The notes under the pieces are model-generated. The model was not told where the DNA came from. It ran no database searches and saw nothing but the letters and a program-made list of their open reading frames with translations. This document shows positions 29,105 to 39,710 of a DNA stretch of 64,000 nt, piece after piece. The stretch's first letter is position 1; each line of letters begins with the position of its first letter. A program made the position numbers and the translations under genes. The stretch covers positions 1 through 64,000 of the IMG/VR virus record IMGVR_UViG_3300032288_004964. One strand, 5' to 3'.

Positions 29105-30454
29105 TTATTTTAATTCAATTTTTAAATATGTTCCGTCAAACATAATATCTGGATCCATTTTATACTTCATTAGAAGTGATTTTAATGATGATAGTCCATC
29201 AGATATTGATTCTATATCAGAATCATCTAAATCTACTCTTATAAAGACTTTACCATTATCTCCAATCATTTTAACTTCTAATTCAAATACTGTTGATTTA
29301 ACATCAGCGATTAATCCTTTGTGTTTTTGTATAATCTCTTGATTTATACCAACTTTTCTTACTGTTGGTAGTGAATTCCAATTAACTTTTATAGAAGCCT
29401 CACATAATGAGATAAGGTAATTCATATTTTGATATTCTTGGCCTGTGTGTTCATGGAAATAGCCTACTGATATATTAGTACATTCTCTAATATCATCTAT
29501 AAATGATGCTGAATCTGTGTATATTCCTGTAGGATCTAATGATAAATCTAATCCATTTTTGTTATATTCTTTACATAAAGCTGTTCCAAATTCATCTGAA
29601 CAACATCTTCTTCCTAATTGTGAAGTAATAACTGAGTGATAGTTTCTTCTATCAAAAGAAACACATCTTTTAATATCTTTTAGATAAGATACTTTATCAT
29701 ATATTAATGATAGTTTATTTGAACCTATCCCACCTCTTTCTTCTCCTATAAAGAAGTAGTAAAGACCGGGTATATTATGTTCCATCATGTATAACATTAC
29801 TGCTACTCCTGACTTATCATCAGCTCCTAATATAGTACTTTCATCTGTTACAATATATTCTTCATCATTCTCAATCATAGAGAATAATTTAGTATTTTTT
29901 TGTTCCCTATCAGCTGTGTCTAAATGTGATGTAAACATTGTTTGTGGATTTTTACCTATTATTTTATAATAGTTTCCTACTTCATCTTTTTGCAAAGAAG
30001 GTAAGAACTGAAGGACTTCATCTTCATGTCCGTGTGGATATGTTTTAGTAACTAAAGAAAGGAATGTAGACCTAACATCTTTTGGATTATATGAGAACTC
30101 TTTAGTCTCAATAGGTGTTCCTGGTTGAACAGGTTCTCCTTTTCTTATTTTATTATATAATCTTGAGAATTCACTAGCTTCTTTATCACTTATTATACCA
30201 GGGAAATAGTATCTAACAAACTTACCTATTTTCATAGGTGTTACTTTTCCGTCTATTGTTACATCAAAAGACCAATCTTGTTTAGATACATCTACTTTTG
30301 ATATTTTTAGTCCATTATGAAATTTAGCATCTGGTTCAATCATCCAAAGTAATTCAAAAGCCAAATAATTATTTTCAGCTTCTAATTTTTTTAGAATGTT
30401 ATAAAACTCTTCAGTAAATATCATTTTAATTCTTTCCGGTGTTTGATCTGCCAT
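29105..30454 (-). CDS. Zn-dependent peptidase (M28/M20 family)
   Basis: FTSHLDT, LGADDKSG, GEERGGIGS, YTDSASF, NISVGYFHEH. Confidence 0.85.
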   Translation of the reverse strand: MADQTPERIKMIFTEEFYNILKKLEAENNYLAFELLWMIEPDAKFHNGLKISKVDVSKQDWSFDVTIDGKVTPMKIGKFVRYYFPGIISDKEASEFSRLYNKIRKGEPVQPGTPIETKEFSYNPKDVRSTFLSLVTKTYPHGHEDEVLQFLPSLQKDEVGNYYKIIGKNPQTMFTSHLDTADREQKNTKLFSMIENDEEYIVTDESTILGADDKSGVAVMLYMMEHNIPGLYYFFIGEERGGIGSNKLSLIYDKVSYLKDIKRCVSFDRRNYHSVITSQLGRRCCSDEFGTALCKEYNKNGLDLSLDPTGIYTDSASFIDDIRECTNISVGYFHEHTGQEYQNMNYLISLCEASIKVNWNSLPTVRKVGINQEIIQKHKGLIADVKSTVFELEVKMIGDNGKVFIRVDLDDSDIESISDGLSSLKSLLMKYKMDPDIMFDGTYLKIELK

Positions 30455-30490
30455 TTCTATAATAATTTTATTAGAGTATATATTAATTAT

Positions 30491-30907
30491 TTAAATTATA
30501 ATTTCATATGAATTTGTATAATCAACCTTTACTTGACCATCATTCATACCTTTTTCTTTTTTAACAAACTTTCTTTGACAATAAACAATAGTAGCTTTTT
30601 CATCTTTTGGTGATTTACTATTCTTTTTAGCGAATTCTGCCGCCTTTTTTAAAACTTCTTTACTTGGAATTAACATTTCTTTTGTTGATGTTATTTCTTT
30701 TGTTTTAATCACAACATGACTACCAGGAACTCCTTTAACATGCATCCATATATCATCATTTTCTGCTATATTAAATGTTAGATAATCATTAGACTTGGCA
30801 TCTTTACCAATATAGACTGTAAATCCATCTATTTCCTTCTTTTGTATATTTGGAAATTTATCCTTTTTAGATTCTAAATATAATTTGAAATTACTAATGT
30901 GTTTCAT
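30491..30907 (-). CDS. NFACT RNA-binding (DUF814) domain protein
   Basis: IGKDAKSNDYLT...DIWMHVKGVPGSHVVI...AAEFAKKNSK...V.K..G...GQV. Confidence 0.9.
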   Translation of the reverse strand: MKHISNFKLYLESKKDKFPNIQKKEIDGFTVYIGKDAKSNDYLTFNIAENDDIWMHVKGVPGSHVVIKTKEITSTKEMLIPSKEVLKKAAEFAKKNSKSPKDEKATIVYCQRKFVKKEKGMNDGQVKVDYTNSYEIII

Positions 30908-30933
30908 AATGTATATATTAATTATTTAAAAAG

Positions 30934-30959
30934 AAAAAAGACCCCGAAGAGTCTTTTTT
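30934..30959 (-). terminator. Intrinsic terminator after major capsid gene
   Basis: AAAAAAGAC...GTCTTTTTT hairpin. Confidence 0.6.
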
Positions 30960-30981
30960 CAAAATTATAATCATTTTATGA

Positions 30982-32664
30982 TTAGTTAAGGTACTGTTTA
31001 GTATCAGTAACTGTAATAGTCATAAATTGTTTTTGAGGATACCAACCCACTTCAGCAACTGCATATCTTGATCTTAGTAACATTCTTGGTGCGAAAGTCG
31101 CTTCAGAAATTACAGAGATAGACTGAGCCATTAAATAAGGTACGAAAATGATACCTGGTTGGTCAGGATTGTTCTTTCTACCAAGAACGATTCTGTTGTC
31201 ATTATACTTCATGTATGGATCAACATAGATAGAAATATCTCCAATAGAACCTACTGGGTAAAGTTGACCTTGAGAGTTCATCTTAGATTTAACTGGGTTA
31301 ATTGTGTAACCAGAAATATCAGATAAAGCTGCTGCAAGACCTCCGTTTGTGATAAGGTATTGAGCTGGACCAACACGTCCTTCAGTTGCGATGTAGTTAG
31401 ATGCGTGAGCGATCTTAGTAACTAATTTTCTTTGAACTGCGTGTGTAGTTTCACCACCTAAAGTAGATGTAGCGTAAGCTGTATCTAAGTCAAAGATAGT
31501 AACTGCTGCTCCACCTGCTGTAGAAGCTGGTGCGTTAGTAGCATTAAGAGCACCCATTTCGAAAATCTTAGCAACAATTTGTTTAGAGATTGTTTGAGAT
31601 AATTCGTTAACAAGGATTGACTCCATTTTTTGAACGATATCCATACCTGTGTTAGCTTTGATATCTTCGATTTCAGTTCTTCTTAAAGCTGAAGATACTT
31701 CAATAGTACCAACTGCGATAGTCTTAGAAGAAATCTTAGGACCAATTACACCAGCATAGTTATCATCATCAGCTTGTCTTCCCATTGGGTAAGAACCAGC
31801 AGCTTGACCGCTAGAAGCAGATGTCCAGTTTGCAGAGAAACCTGGGATATGATCTTCTAAAGCTGAAATTAATTCAATAGATAAAGTACCAAATGAAGAA
31901 GCTGTAACACCAGCGATGTTAGTAATAACTGCTGTCATTGCACCTGTAGCAGGGAATGTGTTATCTGCTGCAACAAAAGTGTTAGGAACTACATTGCTAC
32001 CAGAAGTGTTAGCTTGTCTGTAAGCTCTGAACATTGGGTGACCATCGATACGAGAGAAACCTAAGAATTCAACTTGGTTAGTTTTTGTACCTGGCTCAGA
32101 GTAAGCTAAAACACCAGTTGAAATGTTATTCCACATTCTACCGTTAGATAAACCACCTGAGTTTTGAACAATACTAGATGCTGTTAAACCTGCTGTTAAA
32201 GCCGCGTTAACTGCTGTTAAGCTAGTAGCACTAAGTTTGAACACCATTGGTCTATCATTGTAGTTCTGGTTGATATCATCATATTGAAAATCAATATAAA
32301 GTAAGTCGATTTTTGGACCAGGAGTTGGCTTTACAGCTACTAAGTCTAAACCGATTGTTTGAGCAGCAATTTTCATAGCTACTGGAAGTAAGTTTTGACC
32401 TACATCTCCATTACCTGCTTGAGCACCTACACCAGCACCGTAAGCACCACCTAAAGTGTTACCTGCTAATGAACCTACTACTGGGTTTAATACAGCTCCC
32501 ATACCTGCTACGTTTGTAGCGTTAACGTAAGCGTTTTCATTGATTGAGTGAAATTCAGCATATTCAGCCATCCATTCAGCTCTTTCTCCAGTTACACCCA
32601 TGTTCTCTAATACTGGAGACCACTTCTTAACTGCTTTTTGTTTGTCTATTCTAATGTGTGACAT
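30982..32664 (-). CDS. Major capsid protein (T4 gp23-like)
   Basis: KWSPVLE, AQTIGLDLVAVKP, ELSQTISKQI, IYVDPY, GIIFVPY, F.PR.L.RSRYA; strongly biased codon use. Confidence 0.93.
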   Translation of the reverse strand: MSHIRIDKQKAVKKWSPVLENMGVTGERAEWMAEYAEFHSINENAYVNATNVAGMGAVLNPVVGSLAGNTLGGAYGAGVGAQAGNGDVGQNLLPVAMKIAAQTIGLDLVAVKPTPGPKIDLLYIDFQYDDINQNYNDRPMVFKLSATSLTAVNAALTAGLTASSIVQNSGGLSNGRMWNNISTGVLAYSEPGTKTNQVEFLGFSRIDGHPMFRAYRQANTSGSNVVPNTFVAADNTFPATGAMTAVITNIAGVTASSFGTLSIELISALEDHIPGFSANWTSASSGQAAGSYPMGRQADDDNYAGVIGPKISSKTIAVGTIEVSSALRRTEIEDIKANTGMDIVQKMESILVNELSQTISKQIVAKIFEMGALNATNAPASTAGGAAVTIFDLDTAYATSTLGGETTHAVQRKLVTKIAHASNYIATEGRVGPAQYLITNGGLAAALSDISGYTINPVKSKMNSQGQLYPVGSIGDISIYVDPYMKYNDNRIVLGRKNNPDQPGIIFVPYLMAQSISVISEATFAPRMLLRSRYAVAEVGWYPQKQFMTITVTDTKQYLN

Positions 32665-32743
32665 ATTATTTTATTATTTTTTTTTATGATCTATATATTC
32701 TCCTGTTAAAACTCTTATTTTTCAAGAGTGGATTTTTTATAGA

Positions 32744-34882
32744 TTAAATGTTTTTGAATCTTTCCATAATTGCAGTAACTTCATTATCTGAAAGTTTATC
32801 TTCTTGTATTAAACTTTCATGAGCTACTAACTTTTTAGTTATAGATTCATTTTTCTTGAAATTTCTAGTTAACCAGAAATGTTCAATTTGACTTTCAGTT
32901 TTTAATACATCTTCTGGGTATAATCTAGCTTGTGAAAGCGCAGACTTTTTAGAAGATTCATTTAACTGTTCCCAGATTGGCTTAATGTTTTCAGGCATCA
33001 ATCTGATTACTCTTTCTTCAAGAGATTCATTCTTTGTAGATAGGGCTTCTGCGATCAGAGTAAGTACTTCTTTCTGTGTGAAATAACTTCTTTCGTTTAT
33101 GTGAAATTTAACAGTTTCCTGTTCTTCATCTGATAGTGCATAAAAGCTATCAACTTGAGACTTGTTTAAGAATTTTAAGAAATTCAAGTCTGTTGTTTCA
33201 GAAACTTTACGTTTTTTAGCTTCTTCAATTAGTTTATTAATAGATTCAGATAACTCAGATTCGCTGTTCATATTCATATGAACTTCTTCTTCGTGAGCTT
33301 CTTCTTCTTTCTCTTCTTCTTTAGCATAAGCTTCTTCTTCATGAGCTGGTGCGATACCATTCTCTTCATAAGATTCTTCTTCATGAGCTTCTTCTTCTTT
33401 AGCAAAAGCTTCTTCTTCATGAGCTGGTGCGATACCATTCTCTTCTTGATCCATTGGACCACACTCTTCTTCTTTCTCTTCTTCTTTATTCCAATTTTCT
33501 ACAGATTCAAAACCTGCAGCATCAAGACTAGGGAAATTTTCTTCTTCACCAGCTGATTCATTTAATTTAGAGCTGTTTAATCTTTCTACAATCATTCCTT
33601 GGTAAGAAATTGATTTGTCTAAGTTTTCAGCGATATATTCAGAATAAGCAATATTATCATCTAAGTGTTCAGCGATGTATTCAGAGTAAGCGATGTTACC
33701 TTCAACATGTTCAGCTAAATATTCAGAATAAGCAATTGAGTTATCAACATGCTCAGCTAAGTATTCAGAATAAGAAATGTTCTTATCTAAATTTTCAGCG
33801 ATATATTCAGAGTAAGCAATGTTCTTATCTAAATTTTCAGCGATATATTCAGAGTAAGCAATATTTTTGTCTAAATTTTCAGCGATATATTCAGAATAAG
33901 AAATGTTCTTATCTAAGTTCTCAGCTAAGTATTCAGCGTAAGCAATATTCTTATCTAAGTTCTCACCTAAATATTCAGAATAGTTAATTGATTTTTCTAG
34001 ATTTTCAGCTAAATAATCATTGTGTTTAATTAGTTTATCAGCAGTTTCTTTTAATGATTTATTTTCATTAACCATAACTTGGAATTTCTCAGCTAGATAA
34101 TCTAAATATTTAATTACTTGAGAATTAGTTGTATTTAATTCTTCATAGTATTCTAATAGTTGCTCTAATTTCTTAGGATTCATATTACCCTTAGAAATTG
34201 CACCTTTAACTTCTTTCTTAGTAGAAGCTAGTTCATTAACTAAGTACTTAGAGTAGTCAGTTAATTGTTGCTTTGTAACATAATCACTTTTGTTCATGTT
34301 AAATAATTCGTTAATTTTTGACTCATCGGACATTTCATATATCCTGAAGTTAGATTTTGGGTTTGTGAATCCTAAAGACTCATTAAGAACTTTTACACTC
34401 ATTTTAGCTGATGCGAAACCTGGGTCAGCAACAATATCATAAGTGAATAATTTCTTTAGTGCAACTGAACCGTCAGCTTCTGTGATACCTGCCGCTCTTG
34501 AAGAAACGAATACAGGACATCCATCATCTACTAATGATTTAGCCTCTTTACCCCAGTAAGTACTTAGTAATCTAATCTCACCTGTAACCAGGTTAGATTC
34601 TTTTACATAATCAGCTTTGGTGATTATGTGAGAAGCTCTTGAAAGTGATGTATCAAATACATCTGGATGATCAAACTCACCATAAACAGCACCAAGTGTG
34701 TTCATTCTTTCATTAAGTTCTTCTAAAGCAGGAAGAAATTTATCAGCTGTATATACTCTCTCATTACGGTTTTTTACTCCGAATTCTGTGAATGTACCAC
34801 CTAATATATAATCCTTCTTACCAGTGCTACTCTCTCTAATAAGAGATGTAGTTGAATTTTCTACAATTAAAACTGGTTTCAT
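32744..34882 (-). CDS. Prohead protease (gp21-like) fused to scaffold/core (gp22-like) domain
   Basis: KNRNERVY, GEFDHP, SHII, VSSRAAG, TYDIVADPGF; followed by 14-aa repeats and an acidic region. Confidence 0.9.
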   Translation of the reverse strand: MKPVLIVENSTTSLIRESSTGKKDYILGGTFTEFGVKNRNERVYTADKFLPALEELNERMNTLGAVYGEFDHPDVFDTSLSRASHIITKADYVKESNLVTGEIRLLSTYWGKEAKSLVDDGCPVFVSSRAAGITEADGSVALKKLFTYDIVADPGFASAKMSVKVLNESLGFTNPKSNFRIYEMSDESKINELFNMNKSDYVTKQQLTDYSKYLVNELASTKKEVKGAISKGNMNPKKLEQLLEYYEELNTTNSQVIKYLDYLAEKFQVMVNENKSLKETADKLIKHNDYLAENLEKSINYSEYLGENLDKNIAYAEYLAENLDKNISYSEYIAENLDKNIAYSEYIAENLDKNIAYSEYIAENLDKNISYSEYLAEHVDNSIAYSEYLAEHVEGNIAYSEYIAEHLDDNIAYSEYIAENLDKSISYQGMIVERLNSSKLNESAGEEENFPSLDAAGFESVENWNKEEEKEEECGPMDQEENGIAPAHEEEAFAKEEEAHEEESYEENGIAPAHEEEAYAKEEEKEEEAHEEEVHMNMNSESELSESINKLIEEAKKRKVSETTDLNFLKFLNKSQVDSFYALSDEEQETVKFHINERSYFTQKEVLTLIAEALSTKNESLEERVIRLMPENIKPIWEQLNESSKKSALSQARLYPEDVLKTESQIEHFWLTRNFKKNESITKKLVAHESLIQEDKLSDNEVTAIMERFKNI
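33605..34025 (-). repeat. Ten tandem 42-bp (14-aa YSEYIAENLDKNIA) repeats
   Basis: Directly visible in the translation. Confidence 0.95.
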
Positions 34883-35050
34883 TTAAAATAATTATTTTTT
34901 GTCGTGTAGTATATATTACCTATAAAAAATCCTATTTTAATAAAGGTGGATTTTTTATAGTTTTTCGAGACATCTGATAAATAAAATGTTTAGATGACAT
35001 GGGAGGAAGAGTACTATTTTTAATAAATAAAAGAAATTGAGTGGTTTTTT

Positions 35051-35446
35051 ATGATCCTAACTAGAGAGATAAATATTAAAATAAATGAATCAAATTATCA
35101 ATACTATGATGATTTGGGATATGATGTCACTATAGGTGAGGAGATAATAATTCCAATTGAGTTAATGTCTAAAGGTTCACACTATAAAATAAAGTGTCAG
35201 TGTGATGGGTGTGGTATTGAAAAGCAGGTCATATTCAAAAACTATGTTAAGTATGATAACAAATGGGGTGAATACTATTGTAGAAAATGCTCAGAAGTTA
35301 AAAGAAAAAAAACATTAAGAGAAAACTTCGGAGTAGATTATCCAATTCAGAATAAGAAAGTTCTTTCAAAAATGCAAAATACTCTTATGGAAAAATATGG
35401 AGTAGATAATATATCTAAGAAAGATAAAATAATAAATGATAACTAA
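35051..35446 (+). CDS. Zn-finger protein with EKYGV-type repeats (homing-endonuclease-associated domains, no nuclease domain seen)
   Basis: CDGC...CRKC; TLRENFGVDYP, TLMEKYGVDN. Confidence 0.65.
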   Translation: MILTREINIKINESNYQYYDDLGYDVTIGEEIIIPIELMSKGSHYKIKCQCDGCGIEKQVIFKNYVKYDNKWGEYYCRKCSEVKRKKTLRENFGVDYPIQNKKVLSKMQNTLMEKYGVDNISKKDKIINDN

Positions 35447-35870
35447 AAGAATAAAGGTTAATATATCAGAAGGTACTAAAATATCTGACTTTGAACCTAT
35501 TTTAAATCCATTTTCAAACTGGATACAATTCAAAAGAGAAATTAAACTGTCATCTATATTAGAAGGAAAGAAAATAGAATATCTTATTGAAGATATAAAC
35601 TCTATACAAAATCCCATCTATGGTTTATTGGAACAATCAGGTCATATTGTTGAAATAAAGAAAATATCATTTCTTATAAAGGAGATTTTATTTAACATAA
35701 AGGATCAAGATGTTCTTAATTTAGAAGTTAGAATAGAATCTCTAAATACTGAATATGGTAAAACTATACAATCATTAATAGATGCTGATATTGATTTCAC
35801 TTTAGATTATTACAAAGCATCTGACTCAATGATATATTTTTATATAAATTTTCCAAAACAAGCCGCATAA
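35436..35870 (+). CDS. Hypothetical protein
   Basis: 144-aa ORF followed by a terminator. Confidence 0.7.
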   Translation: MITKRIKVNISEGTKISDFEPILNPFSNWIQFKREIKLSSILEGKKIEYLIEDINSIQNPIYGLLEQSGHIVEIKKISFLIKEILFNIKDQDVLNLEVRIESLNTEYGKTIQSLIDADIDFTLDYYKASDSMIYFYINFPKQAA

Positions 35871-35895
35871 AAAAACCTCTCATATGAGAGGTTTT
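35869..35895. terminator. Bidirectional terminator
   Basis: AAAACCTCTC-atat-GAGAGGTTTT. Confidence 0.8.
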
Positions 35896-35911
35896 ATTTT
35901 TTAATATCTTT

Positions 35912-37615
35912 TTAGAATTCGAATTCACCACCTGCTTCTCCTCCACCCTCAGCTGGTGCTTCTGGTGCTGCTTGAGCTTCTGGTGCTGCTTGAGCCCCAC
36001 CACCTTCTGGTGCTGCTTGAGCCCCACCACCTTCTGGTGCTGCTTGAGCTCCACCTTCTGCTCCTGGTTCTCCAGTTGCTCCGGCTCCGGCTCCTGTATC
36101 TTTTGCCCAATATTTTTGATTTTCGGCTTTTTCTTCTGGTGTCAATTTGAATATTCTATCCATAATCCACTCAATATGGAAGTAAGGTTTTTCACCATTC
36201 ATAACACCTAATAATGTTCCAACTATTTCAGATTTCTTAGCTAGATTATTTATTTTCTTCCACTCTTCAAATACTTGATTTGAATTGAACTTAATATCTA
36301 CTTCATTTATAAATCTTTCATCATCTTTTAGTTCTGGAAACTCAATTAACATTTGTAGTTTAATAGGTTTAACTATTAATTCTTTGAAGTTTGCTCTTAT
36401 TCTATTGATAAAGTTGTAGAATTTAATTTCATCTCTTGTCATCTCAGCAGCATCTGTTACTAAATTACCACCACCATTCTCTGCCTCAAATCTATTCATT
36501 GGTATTCTAGAAGCTCTTTTTAATGCTTTATAGAACCAAGATAACATAGTTTCATCATTTAAGTCATGTCCAGTTGGTGACATTAATTCCATATTTGGTG
36601 TACCTGCGTCTCCTTCTGGAAACCATATTTGTTTATTATATGGTAAATGTTTAGAACCATTTATTGTTAAAGTTCCTAATGAGTCATCCCATTCAACTTC
36701 TTCTGAGTAATCATGTATTAATTGACCAATTTGTTCTTCTGCTCTTTGACGAGACATACCTTTAATAGGAATAGTAAACTTTTGATAAATTGTTGCGTTG
36801 ATTATATTAAACATAATTCTTGTTTGCTCAAGAATCTTTAATTGATTATAAGGTTTGATTAAACCTTCTACATAAGATGTTTCTGAATAATCATTTTGCG
36901 TAGAATATGAAATATAAACTATTTGAGAATCTAAAAATATTCTTCTTAGTTGAGGATCTTCTGGAAATTGAATCCAAAGATGTCCAATACTAGGTTCAAA
37001 AGCCGGAACTAATGTTTCGGGTCTTAGTCTATTGAATCCAATAATATTTTTCTTTTTGTCATCATAAATAATTTCAACAGCTACATATCCATCTATTAAA
37101 AAATCTTTTATCATCATCCAAGCTGTGATACTATCAGAGAATCCAAACTTATTATAAACCTTTTCAAAATACTCTTGATACTTATCTTGAACTTCTTGTG
37201 GGTAGTCATTGGGAAGTGCTTTAGGTGAACAGAAATCATTATCATCACTATAAACAATACATTCATCGGCTACCGAACTTATAAAATCTCTTAATTCATC
37301 TTTAATTGAATACTCTCTAAGAATTCTTCTTTTGTCAGCATAAGCTTTATCTAAATAAGGAATAGATTTTCTATTTAAAACTGAGGCAACTGCTCTCTGT
37401 GAGAAGAAATCATACATTGAGTTTCCTCTAGCTGAATAGGGGTCTTCATTAATACCAACACCTACTTGGTTTCTAACAATCATGTCATCATATTTCATAC
37501 CATATGATGATAGTCCTCTTAGTATTCTACTGAATAGACCTTTGTTTTCAACTGCAGAATTTGCGCTAAAATTACTATTACTATTGTTTTGTCCAAATGA
37601 ATTATATGTTGCCAT
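35912..37615 (-). CDS. Portal protein (T4 gp20-like)
   Basis: FLIDG, SYVEGLIKPYNQLKILE, YKALKRASRIP, EMTRDEIKF..FI.R.R..F; low-complexity GGAQAAPE tail. Confidence 0.92.
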   Translation of the reverse strand: MATYNSFGQNNSNSNFSANSAVENKGLFSRILRGLSSYGMKYDDMIVRNQVGVGINEDPYSARGNSMYDFFSQRAVASVLNRKSIPYLDKAYADKRRILREYSIKDELRDFISSVADECIVYSDDNDFCSPKALPNDYPQEVQDKYQEYFEKVYNKFGFSDSITAWMMIKDFLIDGYVAVEIIYDDKKKNIIGFNRLRPETLVPAFEPSIGHLWIQFPEDPQLRRIFLDSQIVYISYSTQNDYSETSYVEGLIKPYNQLKILEQTRIMFNIINATIYQKFTIPIKGMSRQRAEEQIGQLIHDYSEEVEWDDSLGTLTINGSKHLPYNKQIWFPEGDAGTPNMELMSPTGHDLNDETMLSWFYKALKRASRIPMNRFEAENGGGNLVTDAAEMTRDEIKFYNFINRIRANFKELIVKPIKLQMLIEFPELKDDERFINEVDIKFNSNQVFEEWKKINNLAKKSEIVGTLLGVMNGEKPYFHIEWIMDRIFKLTPEEKAENQKYWAKDTGAGAGATGEPGAEGGAQAAPEGGGAQAAPEGGGAQAAPEAQAAPEAPAEGGGEAGGEFEF

Positions 37616-37688
37616 TAAAAATTATAAAATTTATATTATATATTAAATTTGATAAGTCCCTTCAAAGTCAATAGCAGTAAGCATTTTA

Positions 37689-38057
37689 TTACTTATCTGT
37701 GATTTTACTGATAACTTCTTGTTGTCTTTTATTTGTTTCTTCAACATTTGAAGGGTCATATAATTGGCTTCCGTATCTTCCTTGTCTAGGTCTAAATGAC
37801 ACATTTAATTCTTTAAGAGCTTTAATATATTCTTCAGAATCTGGTCCGTATAATCTATCAGATATTTCTTGCATAAAATCAGAATCAACCTTAGGTCCAA
37901 CTTTTACTGATAACTTATCCAAGTCTTTTTGAATTCTTTCAGTTTCTTCAGGTGTTGGTCTACCAGTAGATGATTTTAATCCTTTTGGAGTTAAGTCATT
38001 CTCCTCTTTCTTTTTACTAAACCAACCTTCATTAAATTTATCCCAATTCTTAATCAT
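37689..38057 (-). CDS. Hypothetical protein with capsid-targeting-like N-terminus
   Basis: MIKNWDKFNEG; TAATATATA at 38080-38088. Confidence 0.7.
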   Translation of the reverse strand: MIKNWDKFNEGWFSKKKEENDLTPKGLKSSTGRPTPEETERIQKDLDKLSVKVGPKVDSDFMQEISDRLYGPDSEEYIKALKELNVSFRPRQGRYGSQLYDPSNVEETNKRQQEVISKITDK

Positions 38058-38089
38058 ATCTAATATTAATTTTATATACTATATATTAA

Positions 38090-38815
38090 TTATTTTCTAC
38101 CATATTTTCTAAAACTAGCTTGTAGTCTTTTAATATGGTCTTTTAATATAACATACTTATCTGATATCTCTTTTTCTATGTCATACATCTCATTAACAAC
38201 TAATTGAGACATTTCTTTATCTCTTGAATTACTATCTTTGGCTTTCTTATTCCATATTTGTATTAGTTTCTTAGGGTCATATCTATTCTTAGGATGTTGA
38301 GAGTATAAAAATTTAGGTAATTCTGATAGGTGAATTTTATGAGCTATTTTTATTTGAGCTACATTATACTCCATAACAGAATATTGTAGTTTGTATTTAA
38401 CTAGTTCCGTATAAATTGCCTCAAAGTTAAATTTTCTAGAATAAACATCTTTTTTCCAAGGATCTCCAGGTGATGATCCTTGAAAATCTTTATCACTAAA
38501 TAATTTATCAAATATTTTAACTCTTATCTCAATTGGAATAAAGTTTAGATTAATTGCATAAAGTATAATTAAATTATCAAATCTTTTCACACTGACTGCG
38601 AATATAGGAGACCATTTTATCCAATTTGAATCGTCTAAATAGTGTAGAAAATAAAATCCACCAGTTCTTATTTTAGCAACTGGTATTCTTTCAACAAACT
38701 TATCACTTTTTCTATATTTATTGAAAAAGTATAAAGAGTTTATTTTGAAATTAGAAGCTTTATCACCTCCTTCAACCTTTACTTGATAATTAACAAATTC
38801 ATTTAACATTCCCAT
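38090..38815 (-). CDS. DNA end protector protein (T4 gp2-like)
   Basis: GGFYFLHY...WSPIF...INLNFIP..IR resembles gp2; adjacent to the gp4-like gene. Confidence 0.6.
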   Translation of the reverse strand: MGMLNEFVNYQVKVEGGDKASNFKINSLYFFNKYRKSDKFVERIPVAKIRTGGFYFLHYLDDSNWIKWSPIFAVSVKRFDNLIILYAINLNFIPIEIRVKIFDKLFSDKDFQGSSPGDPWKKDVYSRKFNFEAIYTELVKYKLQYSVMEYNVAQIKIAHKIHLSELPKFLYSQHPKNRYDPKKLIQIWNKKAKDSNSRDKEMSQLVVNEMYDIEKEISDKYVILKDHIKRLQASFRKYGRK

Positions 38816-38847
38816 ATTAGAGATTACTTTTTATTATATATAAATAT

Positions 38848-39372
38848 ATGTTAAACTCGAAACCTAGTAATAAGAATTATAATCAAGGTAATTATATTCC
38901 TAAGAATAAAGACAAAGTTCTTAAATTAAATACCCAAGGTGGTGTCTATTATAGAAGCTCTTGGGAAAAGAAAATAATGACATGGTTAGACCATAACAAT
39001 AATATTATAAAATGGGGAGCTGAGTGTATGAGAATACCTTATCAAATGACACATTTTGATAATGGTGATTCTAAAGTAAAAGAACACTGTTATTATCCAG
39101 ACTTTTATTATGAAATGAGAATAAATGGTGTCTTAAAACAAGTAGTTGTTGAAGTTAAACCAATGAAAGAATATAAAATGGTTCAAGATTTAAGTGAGGG
39201 TAGACTAAATGTTCCTGATAAAGGAATGAAGAAGTTGAAAAATTTTGAATATGACTTAAAAATGGCTTACAAAAATAAAAACAAGTGGGAAACTATGATA
39301 TCTTGGTGTAATAAAAAGGGTTATGAATTCATTATCATAACAGAAGACCACTTGAAAAAGTTTAACTTGTAA
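38848..39372 (+). CDS. Head completion nuclease (T4 gp4, TnsA-like)
   Basis: YRSSWE, W..E...IPY, YYPDF, VEVKP, NKW, F.IITE. Confidence 0.9.
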   Translation: MLNSKPSNKNYNQGNYIPKNKDKVLKLNTQGGVYYRSSWEKKIMTWLDHNNNIIKWGAECMRIPYQMTHFDNGDSKVKEHCYYPDFYYEMRINGVLKQVVVEVKPMKEYKMVQDLSEGRLNVPDKGMKKLKNFEYDLKMAYKNKNKWETMISWCNKKGYEFIIITEDHLKKFNL

Positions 39373-39709
39373 ACTTAATTAAAAGTATAATTCCTAAAAT
39401 TAGAACAGATACTACAGGAATAATATTATCAAATAAAACATAAAGATATTTTCTTTTTGATTTAAATGTTATAAATTTTATAAATCTTATTGAGAATAGA
39501 GCTATAAAATATGGTGATAAAGATGAAAACATCCCAGATATTAACCATATCCAATATAATACCTTTGTAAAATAATAAATAACATCAAGTATTGTGGTTG
39601 ATTCAATATCTTTATTTTTAAAATTAAGACTTAATCTATGTTTATTTAGTATATAATAGATTTCATTCCAGATGAATACTATTAGAAATGTGTAAAAAAA
39701 TGTTATCAT
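39362..39709 (-). CDS. Membrane protein
   Basis: Several hydrophobic segments. Confidence 0.7.
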   Translation of the reverse strand: MITFFYTFLIVFIWNEIYYILNKHRLSLNFKNKDIESTTILDVIYYFTKVLYWIWLISGMFSSLSPYFIALFSIRFIKFITFKSKRKYLYVLFDNIIPVVSVLILGIILLIKFTS

Positions 39710-39710
39710 T

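Noticed and set aside
33274-33987. ORFs 33274..33462, 33278..33556, 33610..33987
   Set aside because: Alternate-frame or antisense shadows of the scaffold repeats.
35797-36211. Overlapping ORFs at the portal 3' end (similarly 46650..47012)
   Set aside because: Shadows of low-complexity GAQAAPE/QAQP tails.
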